42,112 nucleotides of DNA from Gammaproteobacteria bacterium (lineage in GTDB: Bacteria > Pseudomonadota > Gammaproteobacteria > Magnimaribacterales > D2472), in assembly GCA_023257795.1 (NCBI GenBank), contig JALRBL010000018.1, positions 1 to 42,112 on the forward strand, in the 5' to 3' direction. Position numbers and translations under genes: made by a program. A model generated the notes under the pieces. The model saw nothing but the letters and a program-made list of their open reading frames with translations, did no database searches and was not told the DNA's origin. Shown piece after piece: positions 1 through 10,364 of the stretch; the first letter of the stretch is position 1; each line of letters opens with the position of its first letter.

Positions 1-92
1 TTCAGGAAAACCTTAAAAAAACTAGATCACAGTAGACAATTTGAAGTGATAACATTCACAAAATCCAGTTCTCCATTTCAGACCAAAACACT

Positions 93-713
93 TCAAAAAG
101 TTATGTAAGAAGGCTTAAAATACCATTTTACAAGAAAAGTAGCCATCAGAAAGCCGCCAAGAAAGCCTTCAAGTGTTTTATTTGGACTGATAAGAGGAAT
201 AATTGAAGTCTTGCCAAAATTGGATCCTACGATGTATGCAAAAACATCAACCATTGCAGTTTGAAAAATAAGCAAAAATAAAAACAAAAATTTGTTTACC
301 CCTAGCTCATTGTGTTCCAAAAAAATAAACATGATTCCAGAGATAAAGCCGACAACTAGAAATTGACATAAAACTATATTGTTAAAAGAAAAAATCGATT
401 GCTGCGATGGCTTAAGAATTGGAATGAAGAATAATATTGCAAGCCAAAATATTCCAATCAAGAAAATATTAAAAACTAAAATATGTGGAAACATGAGAAT
501 GCCAATCAATATAAAACTCAAGATTCCTACCCCAGGCCAATAATTTTTATGTGAATTCCTATACCATTCTGTTACCAGTAACATACCAAGCAAATAAACA
601 ACCGCATTGATTAAATAAATAGATTGAGTAATTAAAAAAATAATCAGCAAGCCTGCTAACATTAATGCTGAGGGGATGCGCTGTATGATGTTTTTTTTAA
701 ATGCGTTTTCCAA
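93..713 (-). CDS. cdsA: Phosphatidate cytidylyltransferase, apparently C-terminally truncated
   Basis: Hydrophobic protein with DVFAY.VGS.FGK...ISPNKTLEG motif, directly after uppS; C-terminal KD...PGHGG..DR signature absent. Confidence 0.8.
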   Translation of the reverse strand: MENAFKKNIIQRIPSALMLAGLLIIFLITQSIYLINAVVYLLGMLLVTEWYRNSHKNYWPGVGILSFILIGILMFPHILVFNIFLIGIFWLAILFFIPILKPSQQSIFSFNNIVLCQFLVVGFISGIMFIFLEHNELGVNKFLFLFLLIFQTAMVDVFAYIVGSNFGKTSIIPLISPNKTLEGFLGGFLMATFLVKWYFKPSYITF

Positions 714-1395
714 AACTTCGTTTAGTCCTTATAAATTTATTCAGACAACTTGCATACTCAGTTTGACTAAAATTTGGCCATAAAGTTTCTACAAATAATA
801 GTTCGGTATATGCAAGTTGATAAAGTAAAAAGTTGCTGATTCTTTTATCGCCCCCTGTTCTGATCATTAGGTCAAGTTCTCTAACAGGCGCATCTAGATA
901 TGAGAAAAAACTGCTTTCAGTGATTTTTTTTGTTTGCTTGGAATTGATAATTTTATTAACAGCGCTAACGATATCTGACCTTCCACCATATCCAAGAGCA
1001 ATATTAAGAATGAGTTTTGGTTTCTTAATATTAGTATCATCTTCGGCGAACTTAATCATTTTAAGAGCATGGCTTCCAAACTTTTTATATTGACCGAAAA
1101 AATTTATTTTAACTCCCTCTTCTTTAAGCTCTGGCACCTGATCTTTAATGGCCTGAATGAGCAATTTACCAATTCCAAGAATTTCAGATTTAGGTCTTTG
1201 CCAATTTTCAGTACTAAAAGCATATAAGGTCAATGATGCAATAGAATGGCGAATAGATTCCTCTACAATTAATCTAACGGTTTTAATTCCTGCTTCGTGC
1301 CCAGAGGTTGTAGATAGCTTTTTTGATCTAGCCCATCTACCATTGCCATCCATGATAATGCCAACATGAATTGGCTTAGGCACAATTTTTGGCAT
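697..1395 (-). CDS. uppS: Undecaprenyl diphosphate synthase
   Basis: HVGIIMDGNGRWA, YAFSTENWQRP, IRTGG..RISNFLLYQ motifs. Confidence 0.97.
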   Translation of the reverse strand: MPKIVPKPIHVGIIMDGNGRWARSKKLSTTSGHEAGIKTVRLIVEESIRHSIASLTLYAFSTENWQRPKSEILGIGKLLIQAIKDQVPELKEEGVKINFFGQYKKFGSHALKMIKFAEDDTNIKKPKLILNIALGYGGRSDIVSAVNKIINSKQTKKITESSFFSYLDAPVRELDLMIRTGGDKRISNFLLYQLAYTELLFVETLWPNFSQTEYASCLNKFIRTKRSFGKRI

Positions 1396-1400
1396 AGCGT

Positions 1401-1955
1401 TTATATTTCTAAGAGATCTGCCTCTTTCTTTTTTAACTCGCTATCAACCACTTCTATGAACTTATCAGTAACTTTCTGAACTTCATCTTCTAGTCTTCGC
1501 AGATCGTCTTCAGAAATTTCACCAGACTTTTGAGATTCTTTTGATTGGTTATTAGCATCTCTTCTAATATTTCTTATTGCAACTCTAGCGTTTTCAGCTT
1601 CACTTCTAGCTTGCTTAATAAACTCTTGTCTAGTTTCTTCTGTTAGAACTGGCATAGTTACTCTGATGAGACCTCCTGATGTATTTGGATTCAATCCTAA
1701 ATCAGATTTCAGAATAGCCTTTTCAATATGAGAAACCAATGACTTGTCCCATGGAGAGATTGCCAAAGTTCTACCCTCTTCTACAGTTATGTTTGCAGTT
1801 TGAGATATTTGGGTGGGGTTACCGTAATAATCTACCTTAATGCCATCCAAAATACTTGGATGAGCTCTTCCAGTCCTAATTTTATTAAAATCAACGATAA
1901 GTGAGTCTATTGATTTTTGCATTTTTAGCTTCAGTTCTTGAATTAAGTTTTGCAT
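1401..1955 (-). CDS. frr: Ribosome recycling factor (start moved to ATG at 1955)
   Basis: IRTGRAHPSILD, RVAIRNIRRDAN; ATG 2 nt after pyrH stop gives 184 aa. Confidence 0.97.
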   Translation of the reverse strand: MQNLIQELKLKMQKSIDSLIVDFNKIRTGRAHPSILDGIKVDYYGNPTQISQTANITVEEGRTLAISPWDKSLVSHIEKAILKSDLGLNPNTSGGLIRVTMPVLTEETRQEFIKQARSEAENARVAIRNIRRDANNQSKESQKSGEISEDDLRRLEDEVQKVTDKFIEVVDSELKKKEADLLEI

Positions 1956-1957
1956 AT

Positions 1958-2671
1958 CTAGGATATTAAAGTCCCCACATCTTCTCCGCAAGCAATTTGC
2001 TTCAAGGCATTTGGCTCACTCCAGTTAAAAACCTTTATTGGAATATTATGATCTCTTGCAAGAGTAAGCGCAGTTGCATCCATTACCTTCAAATTTTTAG
2101 TAATAGCATCTTGAAATGAGATGGAATTATAAAATTTAGCTTCGGGGTTAGTGTTAGGATCATCTGAATATACTCCATCTACCTTAGTGGCCTTCAGCAT
2201 TAAATCAGCCTCAATTTCAACTGCTCTAAGGCAGCCAGCTGTGTCGGTAGTAAAAAATGGATTGCCAGTGCCTGCAGTGAATATGACTACGAAACCGTTT
2301 CCTAGCAGTTGAATGGCAAGCCTTCGATCATAATGCTCAACTAAGCCAGACATAGAGATGGCTGACATAACTCTTGTTTTAACTCCAGCTCTTTCTAAAG
2401 CATCTCTGAGAGCGATACCATTCATGACAGTGGCTAGCATTCCCATGTGGTCTCCTGCCACTCTATCCATTCCTGCTTTGGACAGCTTTTCACCTCGGAA
2501 AAGATTTCCTCCACCAATCACAATGCCAATTTCTGCACCAAGCTCTTTGCAGTCTCTAACTGAAGCTGCCATTTCATCTAGAATTTTTGGATCGATCCCA
2601 TGTTCGTCGTTTCCAGCAACAGCCTCACCGCTAAACTTAACAAGCAGACGTTTATATTTGAGATTGCTCAT
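1958..2671 (-). CDS. pyrH: UMP kinase
   Basis: [24 protein letters not shown]. Confidence 0.98.
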   Translation of the reverse strand: MSNLKYKRLLVKFSGEAVAGNDEHGIDPKILDEMAASVRDCKELGAEIGIVIGGGNLFRGEKLSKAGMDRVAGDHMGMLATVMNGIALRDALERAGVKTRVMSAISMSGLVEHYDRRLAIQLLGNGFVVIFTAGTGNPFFTTDTAGCLRAVEIEADLMLKATKVDGVYSDDPNTNPEAKFYNSISFQDAITKNLKVMDATALTLARDHNIPIKVFNWSEPNALKQIACGEDVGTLIS

Positions 2672-2674
2672 GTA

Positions 2675-3526
2675 TTATGATTTTAACTGCGCTGCCACCT
2701 CAGCTGCAAAGTCTTTCTTCTCAACTTCAATACCTTCGCCAACTTTAATCCTCGACATTGATACAACATTAGCATTTTTTTCAGCTAGCAATGCGGCAAC
2801 CGTTTGATCAGGATTCTTTACAAATGCTTGAGAGACTAGGGTAATTTCTGAAAGGAATCTATTAACCTTGCCATCAATCATTTTTTCCATAATGCTTGGG
2901 TCTTTGCCTGATTCAGCAGCTTGGGCTTCATATATGGCTCTTTCTCTAGCAAGCAATTCTTTATCAACTTGTTCAGCGGTTATGCAGTTTGGATTAGATG
3001 CCGCCACATGCATAGCCAGATCCTTAGCTAAATCAGCATTATCTGCGTCAATAGCTACTACTGCTGCTAACTTTCCGTCAGTATGGAGATAGGTTCCTAT
3101 AGACTTTCCTTCGGCGACTTGTACCATTCTTCTAATTTGAATATTTTCACCAATAGATTGGACGAGAGTCTCTCTTTCGGTAGCAAAAGCTTCGTTTATT
3201 TCATCGATAGCATGGACATTATTTTGAGCTAAGTAGCTTTTTATGTTGTTACAAAAGTTTTGAAACTTCTCGTCTTTTGCAGCAAAATCAGTCTCAGTGT
3301 TAACTTCTACTACTGTTACAGAAGAACTAGTCTGATTTACAACTAATGTTCCGTCTGCAGCAACTCTAGATGCTTTCTTTTCAGCTTTTAATGAGCTGTT
3401 AGACCTCAAGAGGTCTATCGCTTTTTCTAAATCACCCTCGGTTTCAACAAGTGCCTTTTTGCATTCCATCATGCCAACACCCGTCATTTCTCTTAATTCT
3501 TTTACTTGGCTTGCTGAAATAGACAT
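2675..3526 (-). CDS. tsf: Elongation factor Ts
   Basis: VKELREMTGVGMMECKKAL, EVNTETDFAA. Confidence 0.98.
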   Translation of the reverse strand: MSISASQVKELREMTGVGMMECKKALVETEGDLEKAIDLLRSNSSLKAEKKASRVAADGTLVVNQTSSSVTVVEVNTETDFAAKDEKFQNFCNNIKSYLAQNNVHAIDEINEAFATERETLVQSIGENIQIRRMVQVAEGKSIGTYLHTDGKLAAVVAIDADNADLAKDLAMHVAASNPNCITAEQVDKELLARERAIYEAQAAESGKDPSIMEKMIDGKVNRFLSEITLVSQAFVKNPDQTVAALLAEKNANVVSMSRIKVGEGIEVEKKDFAAEVAAQLKS

Positions 3527-3528
3527 AT

Positions 3529-4473
3529 TTATTCTCCTTCTTTCTGATCTTGATCTTCTTGAGATATATCAGGTTGCGGATCTCCAACTTTAATAGAGTT
3601 ATTATCTTCATCTTTATTTTCAACAACTTCATCATCAGAAGCATTGACATTCGCAGCCTGTTCTTCTAAATCAGGCTCCTCATCATCGGCTGAATTTATA
3701 AGATTCACCACCTTTCCAGAAGTTGCACCGACCTTCTTCACTTTAACAACTGGGGCATCCTCATCATCACTGACGATGACTCCACCTTTAATATTAGATA
3801 GACCTCTCGCACAGGCCTCAGCTATTACCTTAGTGACAAGTCTAACTGATCTTATTGCATCATCATTCCCAGGAATAATGTAATCTATACCTTCTGGATT
3901 TGAATTAGTGTCGACCAATGCGATAATTGGGATTCCCATTTTTCTTGCTTCATTTACTGCAATTCTCTCGTAGTTAACATCAACTATAAATAAAGCATCA
4001 GGCAAGCCTTTCATTTCTTTAATACCCCCAACACTAATGTTCAGCTTTTCATGTTCTTTGCTTATTTCTAGGGCCTCTTTTTTTGAGAGCTTTTTAATTC
4101 TGCCTGATTCAATCATTTCTTCTATGTCCAATAATCTTCTCACGCTCCCTCTTATTGTTTTCCAATTGGTAAGAGTTCCTCCAAGCCATCTCTTGTCAAT
4201 ATAAGGTAAACCTAGGTTGGTAGCTTCTTCTCTAATGGTATTTGCTGCAGATCTTTTGGTGCCAACAAAAAGAATTTTATTGCCTCTTGAGCAGATCTCC
4301 TCAGCTTTAGATGCAGCAGCACTTAAAAATTCTTGGGTAAGATCTAAGTTAATAATGCTTATTTTGTTTCTGGTGCCAAAAATATATTTTTCCATTTTTG
4401 GGTTCCAGAATCTTGATTGGTGTCCAAAATGCACTCCGGCATTAAGGAGATCTTGTATTGATACTATACTCAT
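3529..4473 (-). CDS. rpsB: 30S ribosomal protein S2 with long acidic C-terminal extension
   Basis: [33 protein letters not shown]. Confidence 0.98.
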   Translation of the reverse strand: MSIVSIQDLLNAGVHFGHQSRFWNPKMEKYIFGTRNKISIINLDLTQEFLSAAASKAEEICSRGNKILFVGTKRSAANTIREEATNLGLPYIDKRWLGGTLTNWKTIRGSVRRLLDIEEMIESGRIKKLSKKEALEISKEHEKLNISVGGIKEMKGLPDALFIVDVNYERIAVNEARKMGIPIIALVDTNSNPEGIDYIIPGNDDAIRSVRLVTKVIAEACARGLSNIKGGVIVSDDEDAPVVKVKKVGATSGKVVNLINSADDEEPDLEEQAANVNASDDEVVENKDEDNNSIKVGDPQPDISQEDQDQKEGE

Positions 4474-4563
4474 ATGTTCTCCGGGTTATTCTCCAGCAGT
4501 TTTAGAAACAACCTTTTTTAAGGCACCCTATTCCTAAAAATGTTCTGCTTTCGTGTTAAAAGT
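4474..4563 (-). ncRNA. rpsB 5' leader (t44 / S2 autoregulatory RNA)
   Basis: Minus strand AGCAG...UUUUAGGAAUA-GGGU-GCCUU-AAA-AAGGU-UGUUUCUAAAA-CUGCU, then UGGAG..UAACCC: long stem with GGGU bulge and downstream ACCC, as in gammaproteobacterial S2 leaders; -10-like TAGAAT at 4575-4570. Confidence 0.75.
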
Positions 4564-4593
4564 TCGACAATTCTATAGAAAGAATCTTATTTA

Positions 4594-5280
4594 TTAAAGG
4601 TTATTTCGAAAAAATTTGTTAAAGCTATGCAAACCATTTGGTTGATCTTTGAGCCAAAGTGCAGCAGCAATAGCGCCCTTAGCAAAAATATCTCTGCTAA
4701 AGGCTTGGTGTTGAAAAGTTACATTTTTTTCTGATGAAAAAAAAGAAATGCGATGCAAACCAAAAACATCATGATTGCGCAATGAGATGTAATTTATTCT
4801 TATTTTTGGATTCAGTTCCAAGATCTCAGATGATATTGATTTTGCAGTACCTGAAGGAGAGTCTTTCTTTTTGGTATGATGCACTTCTGTAATATCACAA
4901 TCTGTTATACCCGGATTCTCGGCTATAAAATTTAAGATAGAGGATGAGAGTGTTTGAACACCATATGAAAAGTTTGATGCAAGCATAACTGGTGCAGCCT
5001 CAGAATATTTATTTGCTAAATCAATGTGTCGGTTATCTAAATTGGTAGTGCCGGAAACAAGAGGTATCTGATAATCGTTAAGTAAGACCTTTTCTAAATC
5101 TCCTGGATCAGAGAAATCAATAATGGCTAAAGGTTGGACAATTGCATGACGATGCGATGGATCAAAATCCTTAAAATTTGAGTATTGGTGAGTATTCTTC
5201 TGCGCAAGCAATCTTATTAGAGATTGCCCCATTCGACCATTAAATCCATTAATTAAGAAATGGGCTCTATTCGCTTTCAA
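4594..5280 (-). CDS. dapB: 4-hydroxy-tetrahydrodipicolinate reductase
   Basis: [24 protein letters not shown]; follows dnaJ. Confidence 0.95.
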   Translation of the reverse strand: MKANRAHFLINGFNGRMGQSLIRLLAQKNTHQYSNFKDFDPSHRHAIVQPLAIIDFSDPGDLEKVLLNDYQIPLVSGTTNLDNRHIDLANKYSEAAPVMLASNFSYGVQTLSSSILNFIAENPGITDCDITEVHHTKKKDSPSGTAKSISSEILELNPKIRINYISLRNHDVFGLHRISFFSSEKNVTFQHQAFSRDIFAKGAIAAALWLKDQPNGLHSFNKFFRNNL

Positions 5281-6367
5281 ATTCTTTTATTGCTTTCTTG
5301 AATGAAGCTTGAATAGGGTGGCATTGGTCAGAAAATGACTGCTCAAGTTGATCAATAAGCTTAATTTGATCTTTAGATAGATTTGATGGAGTTTCAACCA
5401 CTACCCTGCAATGCAAATCTCCTCTTGAAGCATTTCGGACTGATGCAGCTCCCTTACCTTTTACCACTAGAATTTTTCCAGTCTGTGTATTCGGCGGTAT
5501 CTTTAAAGAGATTTTGGAATCAATGGTGGGGATGGTTACCGAACCTCCTTTGATAGCAGTTATTATTGATATAGGTGCTTCGCAATAAAGATCAGACCCA
5601 TCTCTTTCAAAAATCTTATTTTCTAAAACATTTATAACAACGTACAAATCACCGTTTGGACCGCCCGCAATTGCATTTCCCTCGTTTGCTAATCTAACTT
5701 TGTCTCCCTGATCAACTCCAGCAGGAATACTAATTGATAATGTTTTTTCATCTCTAATTGTTCCTTTCCCGCTACAGTTTGAGCAAAATTCTTTGATGAT
5801 GCTCCCTTCACCCCTGCAAACAGAGCATGTTTGCTGAACTGAGAAAAAGCCTTGTTGCATGCGAATCTGGCCAGCACCATTACAAGTGCCGCAGGTTGAT
5901 GGACTTGAACCAGGTTTTGCACCTGATCCGGAGCATGGTTTGCAAGGGTTATCTACAGGTAGCTTGATTGTCTTTTTAATGCCTAAAACAGCTTGTTTAA
6001 GAGATAAATCAACTCTAATTTGGAGATCTTGCCCTCGTCTCTGGCGTCTTGATGAAGTTCTACCACCAAAAACATCGCCAAATATGTCTCCAAAAATGTC
6101 TCCAAAGTTAAAATCCTGAAATCCAGCACCCCCACCCATGCCTTGAACTCCAGCATGGCCAAATTGATCATAGGAAGATTTCTTTTCTGGATCAGAGAGA
6201 ATTTCGTATGCTTCTGCAGCCTCTTTAAATTTTTCTGCTGCACTTTTATCATCTGGATTTCGGTCCGGATGATATTTCATAGCAAGTTTTTTAAAGGCTT
6301 TTTTTAACTCTTGTGATGAGGCACCCCTGGAAACTCCCAGAACCTCGTAGTAATCTCGCTTGGACAT
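5267..6367 (-). CDS. dnaJ: Chaperone DnaJ
   Basis: J domain HPD, G/F region with DIF repeats, four CxxCxGxG. Confidence 0.99.
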   Translation of the reverse strand: MSKRDYYEVLGVSRGASSQELKKAFKKLAMKYHPDRNPDDKSAAEKFKEAAEAYEILSDPEKKSSYDQFGHAGVQGMGGGAGFQDFNFGDIFGDIFGDVFGGRTSSRRQRRGQDLQIRVDLSLKQAVLGIKKTIKLPVDNPCKPCSGSGAKPGSSPSTCGTCNGAGQIRMQQGFFSVQQTCSVCRGEGSIIKEFCSNCSGKGTIRDEKTLSISIPAGVDQGDKVRLANEGNAIAGGPNGDLYVVINVLENKIFERDGSDLYCEAPISIITAIKGGSVTIPTIDSKISLKIPPNTQTGKILVVKGKGAASVRNASRGDLHCRVVVETPSNLSKDQIKLIDQLEQSFSDQCHPIQASFKKAIKEFESE

Positions 6368-6369
6368 TA

Positions 6370-8295
6370 CTAAGACTTATCTTCGTCTTCTTTAACCTCT
6401 TCGTACTCTGCTTCAACTGTATTATCATCTGAATCATTTGACTGATTTGCAGACGGATCAACAGCTTCACCACCATTAGGTGCTGAATAGAGCTTTTGAG
6501 CCAATGGAGTTAATTTTTCATTTAGTGCTTTAGTGGCATCCTCAATTTTAGTTAAGTCATCAGACTTAACCGCTTCTTCAAGCATAGCTAAAGATTCATC
6601 AACTGAGGCTTTTTCTGCATCAGTAAGCTTTGTTCCAGATTCATTAATCGATTTTCTAGTTGCGTGAATCAACATATCAGCATTATTTTTTGCTTGAACT
6701 AAGCCTTCAAATTTTTTATCTTCTTCAGCGTTTGCTTCAGCATCTTTTATCATTTTTTCAATATCTTCATCTGATAATCCACTCGATGCTTTAATCACGA
6801 TGGACTGTTCTTTACCAGTTTTCTTATCTTTAGCAGAGACATTCAAAATACCATTGGCATCTAAATCAAAAGATACTTCAATTTGAGGCATACCTCTTTG
6901 GGCTGGAGGAATGTCCTCTAGGTTAAACTGTCCAAGAGATTTATTTTGAGCAGCTTGCTTTCTTTCGCCTTGAATAACATGAACTGTAACCGCGGTTTGG
7001 TTGTCTTCCGCAGTAGAGAAAACCTGAGATTTTTGAGTTGGGATTGTAGTATTTTTTTCAATCAAGGGTGTTGCAACACCTCCGAGAGTTTCAATACCAA
7101 GTGTCAAAGGAGTAACATCGAGTAAAAGTACGTCCTTGGTTTCTCCCGAAAGAACTGATCCCTGAATTGCAGCACCTACGGCAACCGCTTCGTCGGGATT
7201 AAGATCTTTTCTAGGCTCTTTGTTGAAGAATTCCTTAACCTTGGATTGCACTAGCGGCATTCTAGTCTGGCCGCCTACCAAAAGAACTTCATTAATATCC
7301 TTGATGTTTAACTTTGCATCTTCCAATGCTAACTTAACAGGAGCTAAACTTTTATCTACTAGCTCCTCTACCAATGATTCAAGTTTGGCTCTCGTTACTT
7401 TATGAACGAAGTGCTTTGGACCAGAGGCATCGGCGGTTATGTAAGGAAGATTCACTTCCGTTTGTTCGCTTGAAGATAATTCAATTTTTGCTTTTTCAGC
7501 AGCTTCCTTGAGTCTCTGAAGAGCAAGAGGATCCGATTTTAAGTTAAAACCAGATTCGCTCTTGAATTGTGCTACAAAATAATCAATCAACTTTAGATCG
7601 AAGTCTTCGCCACCTAAGAATGTGTCTCCATTCGTTGCAAGAACTTCAAATTGATGCTCGCCATCAACTTCAGATATTTCAATAATAGAAATATCAAATG
7701 TACCACCACCAAGATCATATACGGCAATAACAGAATCGCCTTTGTGCTTGTCTAATCCATAGGCAAGAGCAGCAGCAGTAGGTTCATTAATAATCCTTTT
7801 CACTTCAAGACCAGCGATCTTTCCAGCATCTTTAGTAGCTTGTCTTTGAGAATCATTAAAGTAGGCTGGGACGGTAATCACTGCTTCTTTAACTTCTTGT
7901 CCGAGATAGTTTTCAGCAGTCTTTTTAAGTTTCTTTAATATCTCAGCTGAAATCTGAGGAGGAGCGAGTTTTTTATCATCTACTTCTACCCAGGCATCTC
8001 CATTGTCAGCCTTAATAATTTTGTATGGAACCATTTCCATATCTTTTTTTACAACATCGTCTTCAAATCTTCTACCAATGAGTCTCTTGATAGCGTGTAA
8101 GGTTTTCTTTGGATTGGTTACTGCTTGTCTCTTAGCAGGCGTGCCAACCAACACTTCACTGCTGTCAGTGTATGCAATAACGGATGGAGTTGTCCTTCCG
8201 CCTTCAGCATTTTCAATCACCTTAGGTTGCCCACCCTCTATAACAGCTAGACAGCTGTTAGTAGTACCCAAATCAATTCCAATAATCTTTGACAT
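6370..8295 (-). CDS. dnaK: Chaperone DnaK
   Basis: [34 protein letters not shown]. Confidence 0.99.
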   Translation of the reverse strand: MSKIIGIDLGTTNSCLAVIEGGQPKVIENAEGGRTTPSVIAYTDSSEVLVGTPAKRQAVTNPKKTLHAIKRLIGRRFEDDVVKKDMEMVPYKIIKADNGDAWVEVDDKKLAPPQISAEILKKLKKTAENYLGQEVKEAVITVPAYFNDSQRQATKDAGKIAGLEVKRIINEPTAAALAYGLDKHKGDSVIAVYDLGGGTFDISIIEISEVDGEHQFEVLATNGDTFLGGEDFDLKLIDYFVAQFKSESGFNLKSDPLALQRLKEAAEKAKIELSSSEQTEVNLPYITADASGPKHFVHKVTRAKLESLVEELVDKSLAPVKLALEDAKLNIKDINEVLLVGGQTRMPLVQSKVKEFFNKEPRKDLNPDEAVAVGAAIQGSVLSGETKDVLLLDVTPLTLGIETLGGVATPLIEKNTTIPTQKSQVFSTAEDNQTAVTVHVIQGERKQAAQNKSLGQFNLEDIPPAQRGMPQIEVSFDLDANGILNVSAKDKKTGKEQSIVIKASSGLSDEDIEKMIKDAEANAEEDKKFEGLVQAKNNADMLIHATRKSINESGTKLTDAEKASVDESLAMLEEAVKSDDLTKIEDATKALNEKLTPLAQKLYSAPNGGEAVDPSANQSNDSDDNTVEAEYEEVKEDEDKS

Positions 8296-8304
8296 AATAT
8301 TTAC

Positions 8305-8838
8305 CTAGTTTTTAACAACAATGACCCTCGCAGGTCTAATAATTCTCTCGTTTATCTCCCATCCTCTTTGCAGCACTTGCATCACATCATCATCGGTAAG
8401 CTCTTTATTAGCGATGACCGACACTGCTTCATGCAATTGAGGATCAAATTTTTCATCAACAGGGTTTATGGGTCTTATTCCAAATTTATCAAGGACATTT
8501 TCAAAAGACTTTAGAGTAAGTTCTATACCCTCTCTATCAGAATTGCTTGTACTAGAAAAACTTTTAAGCGCTTGTTCTAGATTATCAATTACTGGGAGGA
8601 GCTCCCCAATGAAGCTTTCAAGACCAAATTTATGAGCTTTTTGTATATCAATAACATGTCTTTTATGCATGTTATCTATCTCAGCATTTAACCTAAGACA
8701 TTTATCTTCAAGTTTTTGAATAATATCAACGCTGGTCTCCTGAGGAGAATTATCAGTGCTAGATTCATCTAAAGGATCCTGATCAACTACATGCTTATCA
8801 GAATCATCGACAATATTTTTATCTTTGGATTTCCCCAT
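8305..8838 (-). CDS. grpE: Nucleotide exchange factor GrpE
   Basis: LLPVIDNLE, FDPQLHEAV, RIIRPARVIV; upstream of dnaK. Confidence 0.96.
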   Translation of the reverse strand: MGKSKDKNIVDDSDKHVVDQDPLDESSTDNSPQETSVDIIQKLEDKCLRLNAEIDNMHKRHVIDIQKAHKFGLESFIGELLPVIDNLEQALKSFSSTSNSDREGIELTLKSFENVLDKFGIRPINPVDEKFDPQLHEAVSVIANKELTDDDVMQVLQRGWEINERIIRPARVIVVKN

Positions 8839-8856
8839 AACTTATCCTTTTTTAAG

Positions 8857-8884
8857 ATATGGGGAGAAAATTTTCTAGTTCAAG
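8857..8884 (-). promoter_or_regulatory. Sigma32 (RpoH) heat-shock promoter of grpE-dnaK-dnaJ
   Basis: Minus strand CTTGAA(8884-8879)-N14-CCCCATAT(8864-8857), the sigma32 consensus. Confidence 0.9.
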
Positions 8885-8893
8885 ACTAAAGTG

Positions 8894-9304
8894 TTAAGTT
8901 TTTTTTGGTTTAACATAAAGCACCATTGAATGATCAACCAAATCATACCCATAAGCTTTAGCAATTTCTTCCTGTCTTTTTTCAATCATTTCATCATGAA
9001 ATTCGATAACCTTTCCAGAATCAAGGCAAACCATGTGGTCATGATGATCATCTGGAGTAATCTCATAGATTGCTCGACCCTCTTCAAAATTATGCCTCAT
9101 GATCATCCCAGCAGACTCGAATTGGGTAAGCACTCGATATACTGTAGCGAGACCAACATCTTCCCCAGAGTTTATTAGTTCTTTGTAAATATCCTCAGCA
9201 CTCAAGTGATCGTCTTTATGTTGCTCAAGCACCTCTAAAATTCTTATCCTTGGAAGCGTTGCTTTAAGCCCAGCTTTTTTAAGCTCAATATTTTCTTTGC
9301 TCAT
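8894..9304 (-). CDS. fur: Ferric uptake regulator
   Basis: GLKATLPR, GLATVYRVLTQFE, HHDHMVC. Confidence 0.97.
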   Translation of the reverse strand: MSKENIELKKAGLKATLPRIRILEVLEQHKDDHLSAEDIYKELINSGEDVGLATVYRVLTQFESAGMIMRHNFEEGRAIYEITPDDHHDHMVCLDSGKVIEFHDEMIEKRQEEIAKAYGYDLVDHSMVLYVKPKKT

Positions 9305-9353
9305 AGATTCATATTTTTATTTAAACCAATACTAAGTATAATCAAATCCGCCT

Positions 9354-9674
9354 ATGAAACAATTAATCCTCTTTCCTCTTGTTATTACTTTATTCTCGTG
9401 TTCTGTATTTGAGCCCTATAAGATTCCGATACCACAAGGAAATATAATTGAGGATAAAGAAATTGCAAAACTTCAAAAAGGGCTTACAAAAGATCAGGTC
9501 CAGTATGTGCTTGGAACTCCTCTAGCAAATACTCCCTTTCACAGCCAAAACTGGTATTACTTCTACTCAGTAAAGATAGGCCAGAATGTTATAACTGAAA
9601 GAAAGCTTTCTGTTGTATTTGATAAAGAAGGAAGATTAAAAGATTGGGTGTTGGAGGATATGGCTACTCAGTAA
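9354..9674 (+). CDS. bamE: Outer membrane assembly lipoprotein BamE (SmpA/OmlA)
   Basis: Lipobox LFSC, QGN, GLTKDQVQYVLGTP; divergent from fur. Confidence 0.93.
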   Translation: MKQLILFPLVITLFSCSVFEPYKIPIPQGNIIEDKEIAKLQKGLTKDQVQYVLGTPLANTPFHSQNWYYFYSVKIGQNVITERKLSVVFDKEGRLKDWVLEDMATQ

Positions 9675-9948
9675 TATTTTTTCTTCTTCTGTCTTTTGGA
9701 TCTTGAAATAATTCTCTTAAAACTTCTACCCTATCATCAGGGCTAAGCCTATATTGCTCTGGTAATGGAAGATACTTCCCGTCTAAGAGTTCTCCATTCA
9801 CGCCTATTTCAAATTCGTTTTGTAAGGGCTCAAGAAGCTCCTGAATATAACTTGTAGATAGAAGCTCCCCTGCAGTTGTTCGGTTTGAAACTTCAATTTC
9901 ATGAAAAACTTTTAAGTCAGGGTGTTGAATGGAAAAAAATACTCTCAT
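9664..9948 (-). CDS. ratB: RnfH/RatB (YfjF) ubiquitin-fold protein
   Basis: C-terminal DRVEVLR.L..DPK.RRR motif; next to ratA. Confidence 0.8.
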   Translation of the reverse strand: MRVFFSIQHPDLKVFHEIEVSNRTTAGELLSTSYIQELLEPLQNEFEIGVNGELLDGKYLPLPEQYRLSPDDRVEVLRELFQDPKDRRRKNITE

Positions 9949-10361
9949 ATTAAATAATCTTCAAAAGCCACTTTAAACCTTGCCACAAAGAACTCCAAAG
10001 TTGTTTGGTTAATTATTGGTTTTAAAAGCAAGGGCACAGAAAGTTTTGCTTCAAGAATGATGCTCGTTAAGCCTTGATCAATCTCATGAACAGTCCAAGT
10101 TGCATCGAACTGCTTTAACGGTCCATCAATTTGTTTAATTTTAATCATATTTTCAAAGACTATGTTTTCTGAGGTGATGGAATAATTTTTAGATAATATA
10201 TTAAAAGTTAATGAGCCCCTCATGGTGTTTCCACGTAATTCAAGCAAACTTGATTCTAAGCAGCCTGGTAAAAAGAACTTATAGTTTGAAAAGTCAGCTA
10301 TGGCATCAAAAACTTTTTTAGAATCAGCATTGATGAGATGCTGAAAGGAAAATTCTTGCAT
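9945..10361 (-). CDS. ratA: RatA/PasT (YfjG, Coq10-like START domain)
   Basis: VFD.IAD..NY..FLPGC and DGPLKQF...W motifs; conserved smpB-ratA-ratB-bamE synteny. Confidence 0.82.
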   Translation of the reverse strand: MQEFSFQHLINADSKKVFDAIADFSNYKFFLPGCLESSLLELRGNTMRGSLTFNILSKNYSITSENIVFENMIKIKQIDGPLKQFDATWTVHEIDQGLTSIILEAKLSVPLLLKPIINQTTLEFFVARFKVAFEDYLI

Positions 10362-10364
10362 TTA

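Noticed and set aside
1395-1401. No dxr between frr and uppS
   Set aside because: frr-uppS-cdsA is the normal order in Pseudomonas-like Gammaproteobacteria.
6065-6110. Short tandem repeat (GGAGACATTTTT-like units)
   Set aside because: Encodes the normal DIF repeats of the DnaJ G/F region; not a CRISPR or DNA repeat element.
8894-9353. Fur with CLDS in place of CxxC, and a possible Fur box upstream
   Set aside because: Cys-poor Fur is known (e.g. Pseudomonas); no good match to GATAATGATAATCATTATC seen.
9664-10361. ratA-ratB as a toxin-antitoxin system
   Set aside because: Conserved core pair; RatA is better supported as a Coq10-like ubiquinone-binding protein.
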